A program made the translations under genes and the position numbers. Source: Mobula hypostoma (lineage: Eukaryota). Taken from it: a DNA stretch of 64,000 nucleotides. Location: positions 25,792,001 through 25,856,000 of the forward strand of contig NC_086108.1 in assembly GCF_963921235.1 (NCBI RefSeq). Direction: 5' to 3'. Within the stretch, counting starts at the first letter, position 1. Every line of letters starts with the position of its first letter. Shown one piece after another: positions 50,437 through 62,365 of this stretch. A model generated the notes under the pieces. That model was given only the letters and a program-made list of their open reading frames with translations, was not told the DNA's origin and searched no databases.

Positions 50437-51597
50437 ATTACAACAGGAATTCTGCAGATGCTGGAAATTCAAGCAACACACGTAAAAGTTGCTGGTGAAC
50501 GCAGCAGGCCAGGCAGCATCTGTAGGAGGAGGTGCAGTCGACGTTTCAGGCCGAGACCCTTCGTCAGGACTAACTGAAGGAAGAGTTAGTAAGAGATTTG
50601 AAAGCTGGAGGGGGAGGGGGAGATGCAAAATGATAGGAGAAGACAGGAGGGGGAGGGATAGAGCCGAGAGCTGGACAGGTGATAGGCAAAAGGGGATACG
50701 AGAGGATCATGGGACAGGAGGTCCGGGAAGAAAGACGGGGGGGGGGGGTGACCCAGAGGATGGGCAAGAGGTATTTTCAGAGGGACAGAGGGAGAAAAAG
50801 GAGAGTGAGAGAAAGAATGTGTGTATAAAAATAAGTAACAGATGGGGTACGAGGGGGAGGTGGGGCATGAGCGGAAGTTAGAGAAGTCGATGTTCATGCC
50901 ATCAGGTTGGAGGCTACCCAGACAGAATATAAGGTGTTGTTCCTCCAACCTGAGTGTGGCTTCATCTTTACAGTAGAGGAGGCCGCCCAGTGGCCACACA
51001 TTTTAATTTCTGTCCGCCAGAGAAAGCAGGATCTCCCAGTGGCCACACATTTTAATTCCACATCCCATTCCCATTCTGACATGTCTATCCACGGCCTCCT
51101 CTACTGTAAAGATGAAGCCACACTCAGGTTGGAGGAACAACACCTTATATTCCGTCTGGGTAGCCTCCAACCTGATGGCATGAACATTGACTTCTCTAAC
51201 TTCCGCTAATGCCCCACCTCCCCGTCGTACCCAATCGTTACTTATTTTTATACACACATTCTTTCTCTCACTCTCCTTTTTCTCCCTCTGTCCCTCTGAC
51301 TATACCCCTTGCCCATCCTCTGGATCTCCCCTCCTCTTTTTCTTTCTGCCTAAGCCTCCTGTCCCATGATCCTCTCGTATCCCCTTCTGCCTATCACCTG
51401 TCCAGCTCTTGGCTCTATCCCTCCCCCTCCTGTCTTCTCCTATCATTTTGGATCTGCCCCTCCCCCTCCAACTTTCAAATCCCTTACTCACTCTTCCTTC
51501 AATTAGTCCTGACGAAGGGTCTTGTCCTGACGTCGACTGTACCTCTTCCTACAGATGCTGCCTGGCCTGCTGCGTTCACCAGCAACTTTGATGTGTA
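50437..51597. mobile_element. Young fold-back pair of PLE 3' ends
   Basis: Left arm 50441-50987 (-) and right arm about 51010-51596 (+), both highly similar to 42609-43230. TSD TATATATATATGTG at 50423-50436 and 51598-51611. Confidence 0.92.
50536..50571 (-). ncRNA. Minimal type I hammerhead ribozyme motif (PLE-associated), intact core
   Basis: Minus strand reads AGUC-CUGACGA-AGG(GUCUCGG)CCU-GAAA-CG-UC^GACU: stem I AGUC/GACU, core CUGANGA/GAAA, stem II AGG/CCU, palindromic ACGU in place of stem III. Activity is not demonstrated. Confidence 0.8.
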
Positions 51598-51699
51598 TAT
51601 ATATATATGTGCTTAAGATTTTTGCTCAGTACTGTGTTTCACTGTGTGTTTTGATGTAAATGTGATAAATAAATCTGACCTTCTGCCAAATGCTGGTGT

Positions 51700-52700
51700 A
51701 TTCTATCCCTCAAAATACCCTCCAGTAACTTCCCCACTGGCCTGTAGTGCCTGATTTGGCTTTGTTAGACTTGTAAAACAACAGAACAATTTTAGTCACC
51801 TTCCAATCATTTAGAACGTCACCAGTGGTTAATAACGAAGCAAATATCCTTGGCCACTGCAATTTCCTCTCCAGCCTCACAAGGACTGAGGATTCTTTGA
51901 GTCAAGCTCTGGGGATTTATCCACCTTGATGCATCCTCCCTGATAAATGCATGACCACTGAAACATCTTCACTCGTTTCTTTTATCTCTTAATCAACCAT
52001 GATTTTCTCAGTAAATACAGATCCCTAGATGGGTGGGATCATATCCCCCCATCACCTGTAAATTGAGACTTAAGTAATCTACAGATCTCTTAAAGAGATC
52101 TATTCTCTCTCTATCCACACTTTTCCTCTTAATATAGCTGTGGACTCTCCTGGGTTTTTCTTGACAGATCCATTTTATACCCTTTGCTCTCACTCTCTTA
52201 ATTGTATTCTTAATCTTTATATAGTCACCAAAAAATACAATCATCTTCCCCCAAAATTCAAATATAAGCTTGTTTCTTTTTCTTGACAAGAACCTCAACA
52301 TCTCTTGAAATCTAAGCTTCTATAAATCCGCCCACGTTTACCTTTCACACCGATCAAACATGCTGCTTTGGGACTCCTGATATCATGCTCTTAAATGCTT
52401 CCCAGTGCCATTCATTCCTTTCCTTTGAATCAGGAGTTCCCAACCTTTTTTAATGCCATGGACCAATACCATTAAGCAAGGGGTCCATTGACTCCAGGTT
52501 GAGAACCACTGATTTAAACAGACTCAGCCAATTGACCTCTGCTATGTCCCAGAAAATTAGCTCTTCTTCTCTTTTAGGACCCCAAATTGTGTACTTGTCT
52601 TATCCTTTTTCATCACTATCTTATAACTAATATAATTATGGTCACTTGAAACAAAGCGATCTGCCAACTTCTACTTTAGTTACTTGACCATCCTTCTTCT
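51700..52700 (-). mobile_element. Heavily decayed CR1 ORF2 fragment
   Basis: ctggggatttatccacc (reverse of VDKSPG) and an ORF resembling KENPK.FY.YIK.K. Confidence 0.55.
52430..52511. mobile_element. About 80-bp hAT-like MITE
   Basis: TIRs caggagttcccaacc and ggttgagaaccactg. Confidence 0.65.
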
Positions 52701-53654
52701 GTAAGCATATACTGATTTATATATGACTCTATCTTTGCCTCTGCCTCTGTAGTGCTGGTCATAATAGGGCCTAGCCATGTGTCAGATCATCTCAGAACTG
52801 GTTAGAACAGTCCATATCAACCAGTAAAATGGCAATGGCAAACTGGATCTTGTGAGATAACACAAAAATTGTTAGTTTCTTGAGAAAGGCAACAGCATTT
52901 TCTTTTATGGAGACACCTTAAATCTACTAATTCCCTAAGCCTGTTGGCCTGTAAATGGTCCATATCTCCCCATTCGCTGCACATTTATCTAAGAACCTCT
53001 TAAACACGTCCATTTATTTTACCTTAATCACCTGCACCGTGTATAGATATCAGATTGGAAACTAAAACTTCAAGTGAAAATTCAATATTTCCAAACCAGA
53101 TGATACAATGCCTGAAGGAAATGGTATTCATCTCATTGCATACCTTTTGTCTAGCAGGGTGATTTAAGTCACGTTTTGAAGATGTTGCTGAAGAAACCTT
53201 GGAGATTGCTAACGCATTTCTTGTACACTGCCAGTATGGAGGTGATGAATATTTGAGGCGAAGGATATGGATGATGGGTGAATGTATTTTGTCTGGATGA
53301 TGCTGATCTTAAACATTGTTGGTATTACATTCATCCAGATACATTGAAACCAGTCCATTATGCTCCTGTCTCTGGGCTTAGATGATGAAAGGTTTTAGAA
53401 ATTGGCATGAAATATTCTGTATCTACAATTACAATTGTCTTTGCTCATACTCAGCATGATTCCATACACTGGAGAGCTTTCCAGCAGATTCTTACTGACT
53501 TCAGTTTTATCCCGGTGTGTGGTGCAACATTTAGGTGGATGCTGTCCAGATATGAACAACATTCACTTCTTCTTGCCTTTTGAATTCAACTCCCCTCTCC
53601 TCTTCAATGCAGCAATTGTAGCCGTATTTAGATCAAAACTATAATGTTGACAAG

Positions 53655-55213
53655 AGTACTCTGAGCAGGGTGAATGTAGAGAAGGCAGCTGGTCCGGATG
53701 GAATACCTGGCTGTGTGCTCAGAGTCTGTGCAGGGCAGTTGGCCGGGGTCTTCACGGACATTTTTAATCTGTCCATGGTCCAGGCAGTTGTCTCCACAAG
53801 CTTCAAGATTGCCACCATCATGCCAGTGCCAAAGCATTCCACTGCCACGGGCCTGAATGACTTCTGCCCAGTTGCACTCACCCCCATCATTGCAAAGTGC
53901 TTTGAGAGACTGGTTCTATCACATCTGAAATACTGTCTGCCCACTACCCTGGGCCCCCATCAATTTGCCTATCACACCAACAAGTCAACAGAGGACGCCG
54001 TCTCCACGGCACCTCACTCTGGCCTGACCCACCTGGACAGCCCCAACTCTTACGTCAGAATGCTGTTCATTGACTTTAGTTCGGCTTTCAATATTGTGAT
54101 CCCCTCTAAGCTGATCGCCAAACTTCGCCAGCTTGGTATCAGCTCATCCCTCTGCAATTGGACCTTGGACTTTCTGACTAACAGACCCCAATCAGTTAAG
54201 TTAGACAACCTCTCCTCCTCCACTCTCACCCTGAACACCGGCGTGCCTCAAGGCTGTGTGCTGAGCCCTCTTCTGTACTCCCTTTTCACCTATGACTGCG
54301 TTCCAGTATATGGTTCTAGCTCCATAAACAAATTCACAAATGACACCACGGTGGTTGGCCTGATCAGAAGGGATGATGAGACAGCCTACAGGGATGAGGT
54401 CCAGCACCTGGCCACATGGTGTGCCGACAACAACCTGGCCCTTAACACCCAGAAGATTAAGGAGATCGTTGTGGACTTCAGGCATTCTGGGAGCCATACT
54501 CACGTCCCCATCAATATCAATGGAGCTGTAGTGGAGCGTGTATCAAGCTTCAAATTCCTTGGTGTCCACATTTCCGAGGATCTCACCTGGTCCCTGAACT
54601 CCTCCATCCTGATCAAAAAGGCGCAACAGCACCTTTATTTCCTGCAGAGCATCAAGAAAGCTCACCTCTGTCCCAGGATACTGATGGACTTCTACCGCTG
54701 TACCATTGAGAGCATACTCACCAACTGCATCTCAGTGTGCTATGGTAATTGTCCTGTATCGGACCGCAAAGCACTCCAGCATGTGGTGAAAACTGCCCAG
54801 CGGATTATTGGCACCCAATTACCCACCATTGAGAACATCTACCATAAACGCTGCCTGGGCAGGGCGAAAAGCATTATCAAGGATGCATCTCACCCTAACC
54901 ATGGTCTTTTTACTCTCCTCCAATCCGGTAGGCGCTACAGGAGCCTCCGCTCCCGCACCAGCAGGCACAGGAAGAGCTTCTTCCCTGAGGCTGTGACCCT
55001 GCTGAACTTCACAATACAGCGCTAAGCAGTATTGCACCCATATTGTACTGTCTCAGTACTTTTATATTTGTGTGCTGTAGCACTTAAACTTATTATTCGC
55101 AATTATTTTGTAAATAATACTATTCTTTGCATTTCTGGTCATGCTAACTGCATTCCATTGGCTTTGTATCTGTACTCGGCACAGTGACAATAAAGTTGAA
55201 TCTAATCTAATCT
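53655..55213 (+). mobile_element. 5'-truncated Rex1/Babar-type non-LTR retrotransposon; RT frame open at 53670-55025
   Basis: [53 protein letters not shown]. The catalytic motif is altered to FTND. 3' end is AATAAA plus an (AATCT)3 tail. Confidence 0.9.
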
Positions 55214-56647
55214 TTTAAAAAAAATTTTTTAAGGTCTTTCTTGCATCTTTTAATCATGAATATAATCAATAGTTTCCCTGAAGACTCATCTCTAATAATC
55301 AACAGCTTTGAATGTTCTAAATACTTTCAGGGAGTGTTTGAGTGTAAATTCTGCAGCTTTTCAAGCCTATAATGTTCATTTTCTAGGTCATCCTGATGGT
55401 CTGATGATTTCGAATACAGGTTTTCAATTCTTCAATTCCATATCCAGTTAATGAAGAGATTGGGATTATGTGTTTAAACTGGGCTTGTCTCATGGGGACC
55501 ATTTCTTCTGGTATTAAGTGATAGAAATCTTGAGGCTGCTGAAGTTGTTGCATCAGCTCTTTAAATTTTTCTGCAGCATTCTCTAAATCCATTTTGTTTA
55601 CAGCTAACAATGCAGGCTTTGATAAAAGCTCCACTTAATATAGCTCCAACTCCTTTGTTAAAAGCTGAACAGCTTCAAATACATTTCTAAATGGTGTTTC
55701 AGATGAAAGTTGAAATCCAGTCACATCCACCACATAAAGAAGTTGCTTGGTCCTCTCTACAGGTTTAAGAAACTTATGACCCATTCCTTTATTTAAGTGT
55801 GCACCTTCAATCAAACCAGGCAGATCTGCTATTGACACCTGTTTGTAATCACTGTATAATTACGTTCCAATTTCTGGTTTCAAAGTAGTGAATGGATAAT
55901 CTGCAATTTTTGGTTTTGCATGAAACAATTTGCTCAATAGTGTAGATTTCCCAGCATTTGGAAACCCAACCAATCCAACATTTGCTACCAGCGTCAAATC
56001 CATTCTTATGATTCCACCTTGGTCCTTAGAAGGCAGAAAGTTAGTCCTAAATGATCCGCCATGACCACCCTGGGCTACAATTAACCGATCCCCTGTTCGG
56101 TTCAGTTCACCTATTATCTTCCCATTATCATTAGTGATTGAAATTCCAACTGGGCCATAAATTTCACAGTCTTTTCCCTTTGCACCTTTAAGTGATCGTA
56201 TGCTGCTGTTAGCACCAACACCAGCTACAAAACGTTTATTTGGATATTTATCCTTGATCATCTTCAAGGTTATTCCATCTTGTGCAACAACCAAGACATT
56301 CCCACCATTTCCACCGTCACCTCCAAATCGGGGAAAGCCCATTCCACCAGTACCCCCACGGACATATAGTCTAAGATTATCAATAAAGTTGCCATACTTT
56401 CTCAGCAACGCGGGGCCGCACTGCACCATGGCAACCACAGCCGGAATCTGTCTGTCAGAGCTTCCGCCTCCTCCAAACCTTCATCCGTTTACTGAGGGAA
56501 ACCAGAGGCATTCACTTATTGCGATCTCCTTATTAAATAATAAAACATTTGCGCTGTACGATATGTTAATTTCAGCAGCACGATCAAGCCAAAGAGATCG
56601 AGAAACGTGTATAATTGTCAAGGAAAGCCTTTGGTACGTCATCTTCA
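55214..56647 (-). pseudogene. GTPBP10: Processed (intronless) pseudogene of the Obg-family GTPase GTPBP10; CDS about 56429 to 55327
   Basis: Three same-frame ORFs give [22 protein letters not shown]..., [12 protein letters not shown] (G1), YPFTTL (G2), [10 protein letters not shown] (G3), NKMD (G4) with no introns. In-frame TAA at 55860-55862 and 55635-55637; apparent 1-nt deletion near 55409; inferred native TGA at 55327-55329. ATTAAA at 55249-55254, decayed poly(A) at 55214-55230, 15-bp TSD AATCTAATCTAATCT at 55199-55213 and 56648-56662. Confidence 0.93.
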
Positions 56648-57109
56648 AATCTAATCTAATCTACAAACGTTTGTAATATTCTACAGTAAAATATGTATCC
56701 AGAGCTGATTATGGTGAGTGGCAGAACAAGATCAGTTCAGTCAACGATTGTGCTGCCAAGCCGCTTGTGGTGGTGTCTTTGACATTCCCCTGCCCAGAGC
56801 AGATTTGTGTTCTGGCTATATTTCCACTGAGACTGCTCTTAGGAGGAGTTTTGATTGATCTTCTTGGGTGAAATAGTAGGAGATAATCAGAAAGAGGCTT
56901 CCTTGTTCCTATGTTCTTGTTGAGAACTCCTTGGCTTAATTCCTAATCGTATAACTCTGCCTTCCTGTTGAAAAAATCTGAGAGAGAAAAAATAACAAGA
57001 TGATTTGATAATAATAGAAAACCTGACCTAATGATGTGTTAAGAAATATTTGAAAAAGCAGACAATTTAAAAACCTCAAATTACACTCTGAAGTTATTCA
57101 CGACTATCC

Positions 57110-57862
57110 TCTTCTTACAGAAGCATCTGCATGATGCTAAACTAGGGCACATCATCAGTGATGTTACCTGGGGTCGTCAGGTGTTTTGGGTCTTTCAACA
57201 TCATACACCATCGCCCAGGCGATCCACCCGGGGTTGATCAGACGCCAGCCTGTGCCCTAGCAGCAACCCATGGATCTTTATCCAGAGCCATCTTGACGCT
57301 TTCTCTGCTGCATCTGTGGTGGTAGAAATGGCTCTCCTCCTTCTCTCTCCCGTGATTCCAAGTGCAGTGTATACTTTGCAGAGCAACTGGCCTGCATAGC
57401 CATGACACCAGACCTCCACAGGCCAACACTTTGCTCTCCAGCCTCATCCTTGGCAATTACTCTTCAGATCTTCATACCTGGCTCTTTTCCACTCATAGCC
57501 CTCCTCCATGTGCTCTTCCCAAGGCATGGTAAGCTCAAGCATAAGAACGTGCTTCACTGAGTCGGACCACAACACAATATCGGGCCTCAATATAGTCTCT
57601 GTGATGTGGGGAGGAAACTGCAGCTGTTTTCCCAGGTCTGCTTTTAGCTTCCAGTCCTGCGCAGTGAAGAGCAACCCAGTTACTTTCCAGTGTTCTGTTG
57701 GTCTTTCCCCCCTTTGACAAAGCAGATGGTACTCTTGACCAGACTTGTTTTCCGGCAGATGTTAAGGGTGCTGTAGATTGTCTCAGCAATTGTCCGGAGG
57801 CCCTGGTCATGCTGCCACTGATAACAGCCATCGGCAAGAGCTCTGGGGCAGCTGCTCTAGCG
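57110..57862 (-). mobile_element. 3' fragment of an RLE-type non-LTR retrotransposon, Hero-like
   Basis: SSCPRALADGCYQWQHDQ, RPDIVLWS...MLELTMPWEE...KRARYEDL...C (PD-(D/E)xK restriction-like endonuclease), AAEKASRWLWIK; frameshifted. Confidence 0.82.
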
Positions 57863-58150
57863 TACCGGTCTTCTCACAGAGGGGTCAAGCTGGTCGTTCT
57901 GCGAGGCCCCAGCAGTGCAGGTTAGATGGGCTAGGAATCTTAAATTGTACATCTATCACTAGCAAACTGTACATTTGCTATTCATTTGTAGACTTTTAAT
58001 ATTTGCATTGGCTATGATAAAGCAGAAGTCATTTCAGAATTGTGTCCCAGCCTAGGCTGTTTCAATATAATATAGGTAGCATTTGACTTTAATGATTGTA
58101 CAATTGACAGAGATGTTTTTTTTCCAACTCACAACGAGCGACAGGGAATA

Positions 58151-59908
58151 TAGTGGATTCCAGTTAAATGAGACACATCAGGACCAGTACATTTTAGCCT
58201 CATTAAGCAGCTGCCCCAATTAGCTGAGGTTTCATAGAAATAGTTAAAAAGGTCTAAAAGAGACAAGCTGAGTACTTAAAAGAATTATGTACTTAATTAT
58301 GTACTTAATTAAAAGAATTATGTACTTAAAAGAAATGCAGAACAAATCAGAACACTACCAACAGTACTACAGTACTATAAAACTGTGTATTAGTTCCTAA
58401 TAGTTATTGACGGAAGAATTCATCCAGTGTATGCAATGAACAAAATCAGCGCAGACACCTGGTGCAGATAAGGGATAGCCTTCCTACAATGTTATCAACG
58501 ATTGCATCCTCCAAATCTTTATTTTAATTGTAACATTCAAAATGATTGTCAATACCTTCAAATTCTTTGCAGTTCCTAACTTGCTGAAGTAGTGGAATCA
58601 TTTCATTTGCACTCCCGGCTGCTTCTGACCATCTGTGTGAAAGCTTGCAAGAGCAGTGAGCAAAACAGTTCCACACTGTCTTTACCTACCATCCCATCAG
58701 CCTCTGCATCTATCATACTATCTTTCACAACTTCCACCATCTCCAAAGAGATCCTACCACTAAACATACTTTTACTTCCACCCACCGCATTCCATAGGGA
58801 TCACTCTCTCTGTGATTCCCTTGTCCATTCGTCCCTCCCCACTAATCTCCCTCCCAGCACTTATCTCTGCAGCGGCCAAAGTGCTACACCTGCCCAGACA
58901 CCTCCTCCCTCACCTCCATTCAGGGCCCAGGCAGCCCTTCCAGGTGAGGCAACACAACACTGGTGAATCCGCTGGAGTTGTCGATTGTGTCCGCTGCTCC
59001 CGATGCGGCTCCCTCTGCATTGGTGACACATGATGTCAAGCACCTCCGCACCATCCACCACAAGCAGGTCTTCCCAGTGGCAAAACATTTTAATTCCCAT
59101 TCCCATTCCGCTGTGTCGGTCCATGTCATCCGCATGTGCAAAGATGAGGCCACTCTTAGGGTGGAGGAGCAACATCCTATATTCTGTCTGGCTAGCCTCC
59201 AACCTGATGGCATGAATATCAATTTCTTCTTCTGGTAAACAAATTCCACCCACCCTCTTCCTCTCTTCCCCACTCTGATCTCACCTGCCTATTACTTCCC
59301 CCTCGGTCCTCCTTCCCTTCCTCCTATAGTCCACTCTCCTGTTCAAACTGATTCCTTCTTCTCCAGCCCTTGACCTTTTCCACTCACCTTGCTTCACCCA
59401 TCACCATCCAGCTAGCTTTCTTCCCCTTCTCCCACCTTTTTATTCTATCATCTTCCCCTTTCCTTTCCAGTCCTGAAGAAGGGTCCTGGCCTGAAATGTC
59501 ACCTATCTATTCATTTCCATAGATGCTGCCTGACCTGCTGAGTTCCTCCTGCTTTTTGTGTGTGTTGCTTTGGATTTTCATCATCTGTAGACCTTCTCAT
59601 GTTTATTAGTTGTCTTACTGCTTATTCCTCACCAACTATCAGTGACAAAAATCACTGCCTTTTGAACACAAACACACACAACTGATGTTTTTTAAAAATT
59701 GACCGCTCTAGCAGTGTAGCGTATAACGGCTACACAAGTGTGTAGCTGGACTATGTTCTGCAATCTCTTTCCCCAGTTAAGTGGAATAGTGTCCTAAATA
59801 AATAAAAGGAACCCTGGCAATTTTCGCTTTGGTTTTTGTTCTTTACGACTTGTCCTAAACTAGCGTCTGCCTCGATTAACCAATAGCCAAATTAACCAGA
59901 ACCCATTG
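58151..59908. mobile_element. Non-autonomous pogo/Tigger-like element with nested PLE fragment
   Basis: TA-flanked imperfect TIRs tagtggattccagttaa and ttaaccagaacccattg. A minus-strand NCFAHC remnant resembles the pogo-type transposase C-terminus. Confidence 0.6.
58680..59605 (+). mobile_element. PLE 3' fragment
   Basis: GVVDCVRCSRCGSLCIGDT, VAKHFNS, LQPDGMNI, then the terminus with AGTC-CTGAAGA...GAAA at 59469-59503. Confidence 0.88.
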
Positions 59909-61149
59909 TACTGAGGTTAATTTTTACCTTCACTGCGGCACTAATGTGACGAAGCTGATTACCTGTCATTTTACAACTCATTTGATTTTCATCCTACATG
60001 AGCTTATTTAATGTAATCAGCTTGGCCACATTAATTGCGCAGGTTCTGAAGGTGAGAATCACTTCCGAACTGGGTTGCAGTACAACTTAATGATATGAAT
60101 TAAATGTTCTCAGCAGATTTGAATTAAAAATTATTCCTGACATATAATATTCAAGTTCTTTTGAACTGAAATCCAAAGTTTAAGCAAATCCAAATTAATT
60201 TTTAATATAAGGAATATGACACGAGCCTTTTACCAATATTATATCCTCTTATCAAAATACTTCCACATTTATCTCTGGAAATATGCAATTAATCTGTTCT
60301 TTGTTAATGAACCTGGCTCCGTAAAGTCTGCTGTGAGGATAATGGTACTCATTTATTAAGTGCTTGCTTGATCAGCGTCTTCCCTCAGCCAACAGTTCAA
60401 AGGTTGTTGAAATGACTTGTCAGCAAAACTGTGAAACTGAGCTCATAAAAGTAAGTTGCTTCCTGTGCATATCTATTATTGTTTTAATCATAGCCCACAT
60501 CTTTGGCAACATGGATAAATTGATCTGCATCTTAACTTCAATCGTAAGCGCAACATTTTGTTTTCACTTAAACCAATGAAGGGTACCAGTGTAGGTGCAG
60601 ATAAGACATATCAATATAGAATTGTTTAACCATTCAAATTCATATGGACCGATCAGATTGTGCAAAGACATCAAGTTGAGGCAAAAGAATAGAGGACAAT
60701 TTCTAAGATGCCTGTACGTAATCTTTGATCTTCATTCGATTTACCTACTAGTAGTTGATGTTCAAAAGAATTGTGAGACATAAGGATATATCTGCCTTCA
60801 TATTTTATGCCATATTTCGCAAATGTTTACTATCAATTATTTCCATTGTTCAGTGCATCTGAGGCTGCGGATGAGATCTTAAAGAAATTCAAATGAAACA
60901 ATTGTAAAGGCAAACTCTCTGAGACAAACACAACCTTCCTAAGGCAGGGTAACTCAACAGAATCAGAATTAGCAACTGCCACATATATTCAAATGAGTTG
61001 TATCTGTGAGTGGGGGGGAAATGGATGCATGCTAAAGTCTGTATCCCTACTGATGCAGCAGGAATTTTTAGCAGATTGAAGGAGACAAGCGTCATCATCT
61101 AACAAAACCCATCACAGAAACATGCTACTTCTGTTGTGCCACTCATTTA

Positions 61150-62365
61150 CAGTATTGTGCAAAAGTCTTAGGCACACATCTATAGCTAGGGTGCCTAAGG
61201 CATCTGTGCTGTACTGTATTTTTTAATGCGGAGCAGAGAGTGAGTTTGTAAATCTGGCAGGAGCAAAGGATGGGAATGGTGATGGTGACGGTGGCGGTGG
61301 CGTGCCGTGGGAGGGCTGTCAGACAGATGGCGAGAAGAAGTGCCAGGGGAGGGGGCTGAGTTGTGCGGGTGCAGAGTCACCCAGCTCTGAGACACCAGGC
61401 AAGGTCATTTGATTCCAAACAACTGGCTTATTGATCAGAATCAGGTTTACTATCACTAGCATATGTCATAAAATTTATATATATGTTAAAAAAGTTAAAT
61501 TAAGTAACTAGGTAACTAGTGCAAAAAAAGAAAAGAAAAAGTAGTGAGGTAGTGCTCATGGGTTCAATGTCTATTCAGAGATCTGGTGGCAGAGGAGAAG
61601 AAGCTATTCCTGATTTGTTGAGTGGGTGCCTGCAGGCTCTTGTACCTCTTTCCTGATGTAGCAATCAGAAGTGGACATGTCTTGTGTGATGAAGGTCCGT
61701 AATGCTGCCTTTATGAGGCATCGTTCCTTGAAGATGACTTGAATACTGTGGAGGCCAGTGCCCATAATGGAGCTGACTAAGTTCACAACTCTCTGCAGCT
61801 TTTCTTTCGATCCTGAGCAGTCTCCCCATCCCCTTACCCAATGATGATGTAGCCAGTTAGAATTCACTACACTGTACATCTGTAGAAATGTGTGAGTTAT
61901 AGACTGGCATGCCGCCTTCGTAACTGCAGCAAAATGTTGGGCCCAGGAAAGATCCTCAGAGATATTGACACCCATGGAATTTGAAATTGCTCACCTTTCC
62001 ACTTCTGATCCCTCGATGAGGACTGGTGTCTGTTCACTCGTCTTACTCTTTCTGAAGTCCACAATCAATTCCTTGGCCTTACTGACATTGAATGCAAGGT
62101 TGTTGCTGTGACACCGCTCAATTATATGCCTTTTTGTCATCATCTGAATGTCCGTTTGGTGCTTCCTGCTCCTTCCCCTTTCCCTTCTCCTATTTCCAAT
62201 TATGATTCCCCTCTCCCTTCCCCCTTCCCACTCGCAGTTCACATAGAGATCCTGATCTCCGGTTTATCATTACTCACATGTCATGAAATTTGACTTTTTT
62301 GTGGCAGCAGTACTGTGCAATACATAAAATTACTACAGTACTTCGGAAAAGTCAGGCAGCCTACA
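61150..62365. mobile_element. Tc1-type hairpin-ended element (copy 3) with nested L2/Rex1-like fragment (about 61437-62110, minus strand)
   Basis: TA-flanked hairpin at 61150-61216; nested minus-strand frames KAKELIVDFRK and GVNISEDLSW. Confidence 0.68.

Larger units (their letters stand above)
49410..51634. mobile_element. Tc1-type hairpin-ended element (copy 2) carrying a nested retroposon (about 49597-50215) and a PLE fold-back
   Basis: Shares caccaggcaag...atttgattcaaaacaattggtttattgatc with 10630-10680. The right hairpin (50394-50436 plus 51598-51634) is split by the PLE insert. Confidence 0.65.

Noticed and set aside
53670..55025. Domesticated or active RT gene (451-aa open frame)
   Set aside because: It is 5'-truncated with no endonuclease and the catalytic motif is mutated to FTND. 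The open frame is explained by young age.
55327..56438. Functional or bacterial (horizontally transferred) obgE gene
   Set aside because: The sequence is vertebrate GTPBP10-like, with two TAA stops, a frameshift, a poly(A) remnant and a TSD.
60389..60450. Possible plus-strand exon (ccctcAG...aaa|GTAAGT)
   Set aside because: The acceptor is weak, the 62-nt segment gives no recognisable peptide, and it is antisense to ASTN1.
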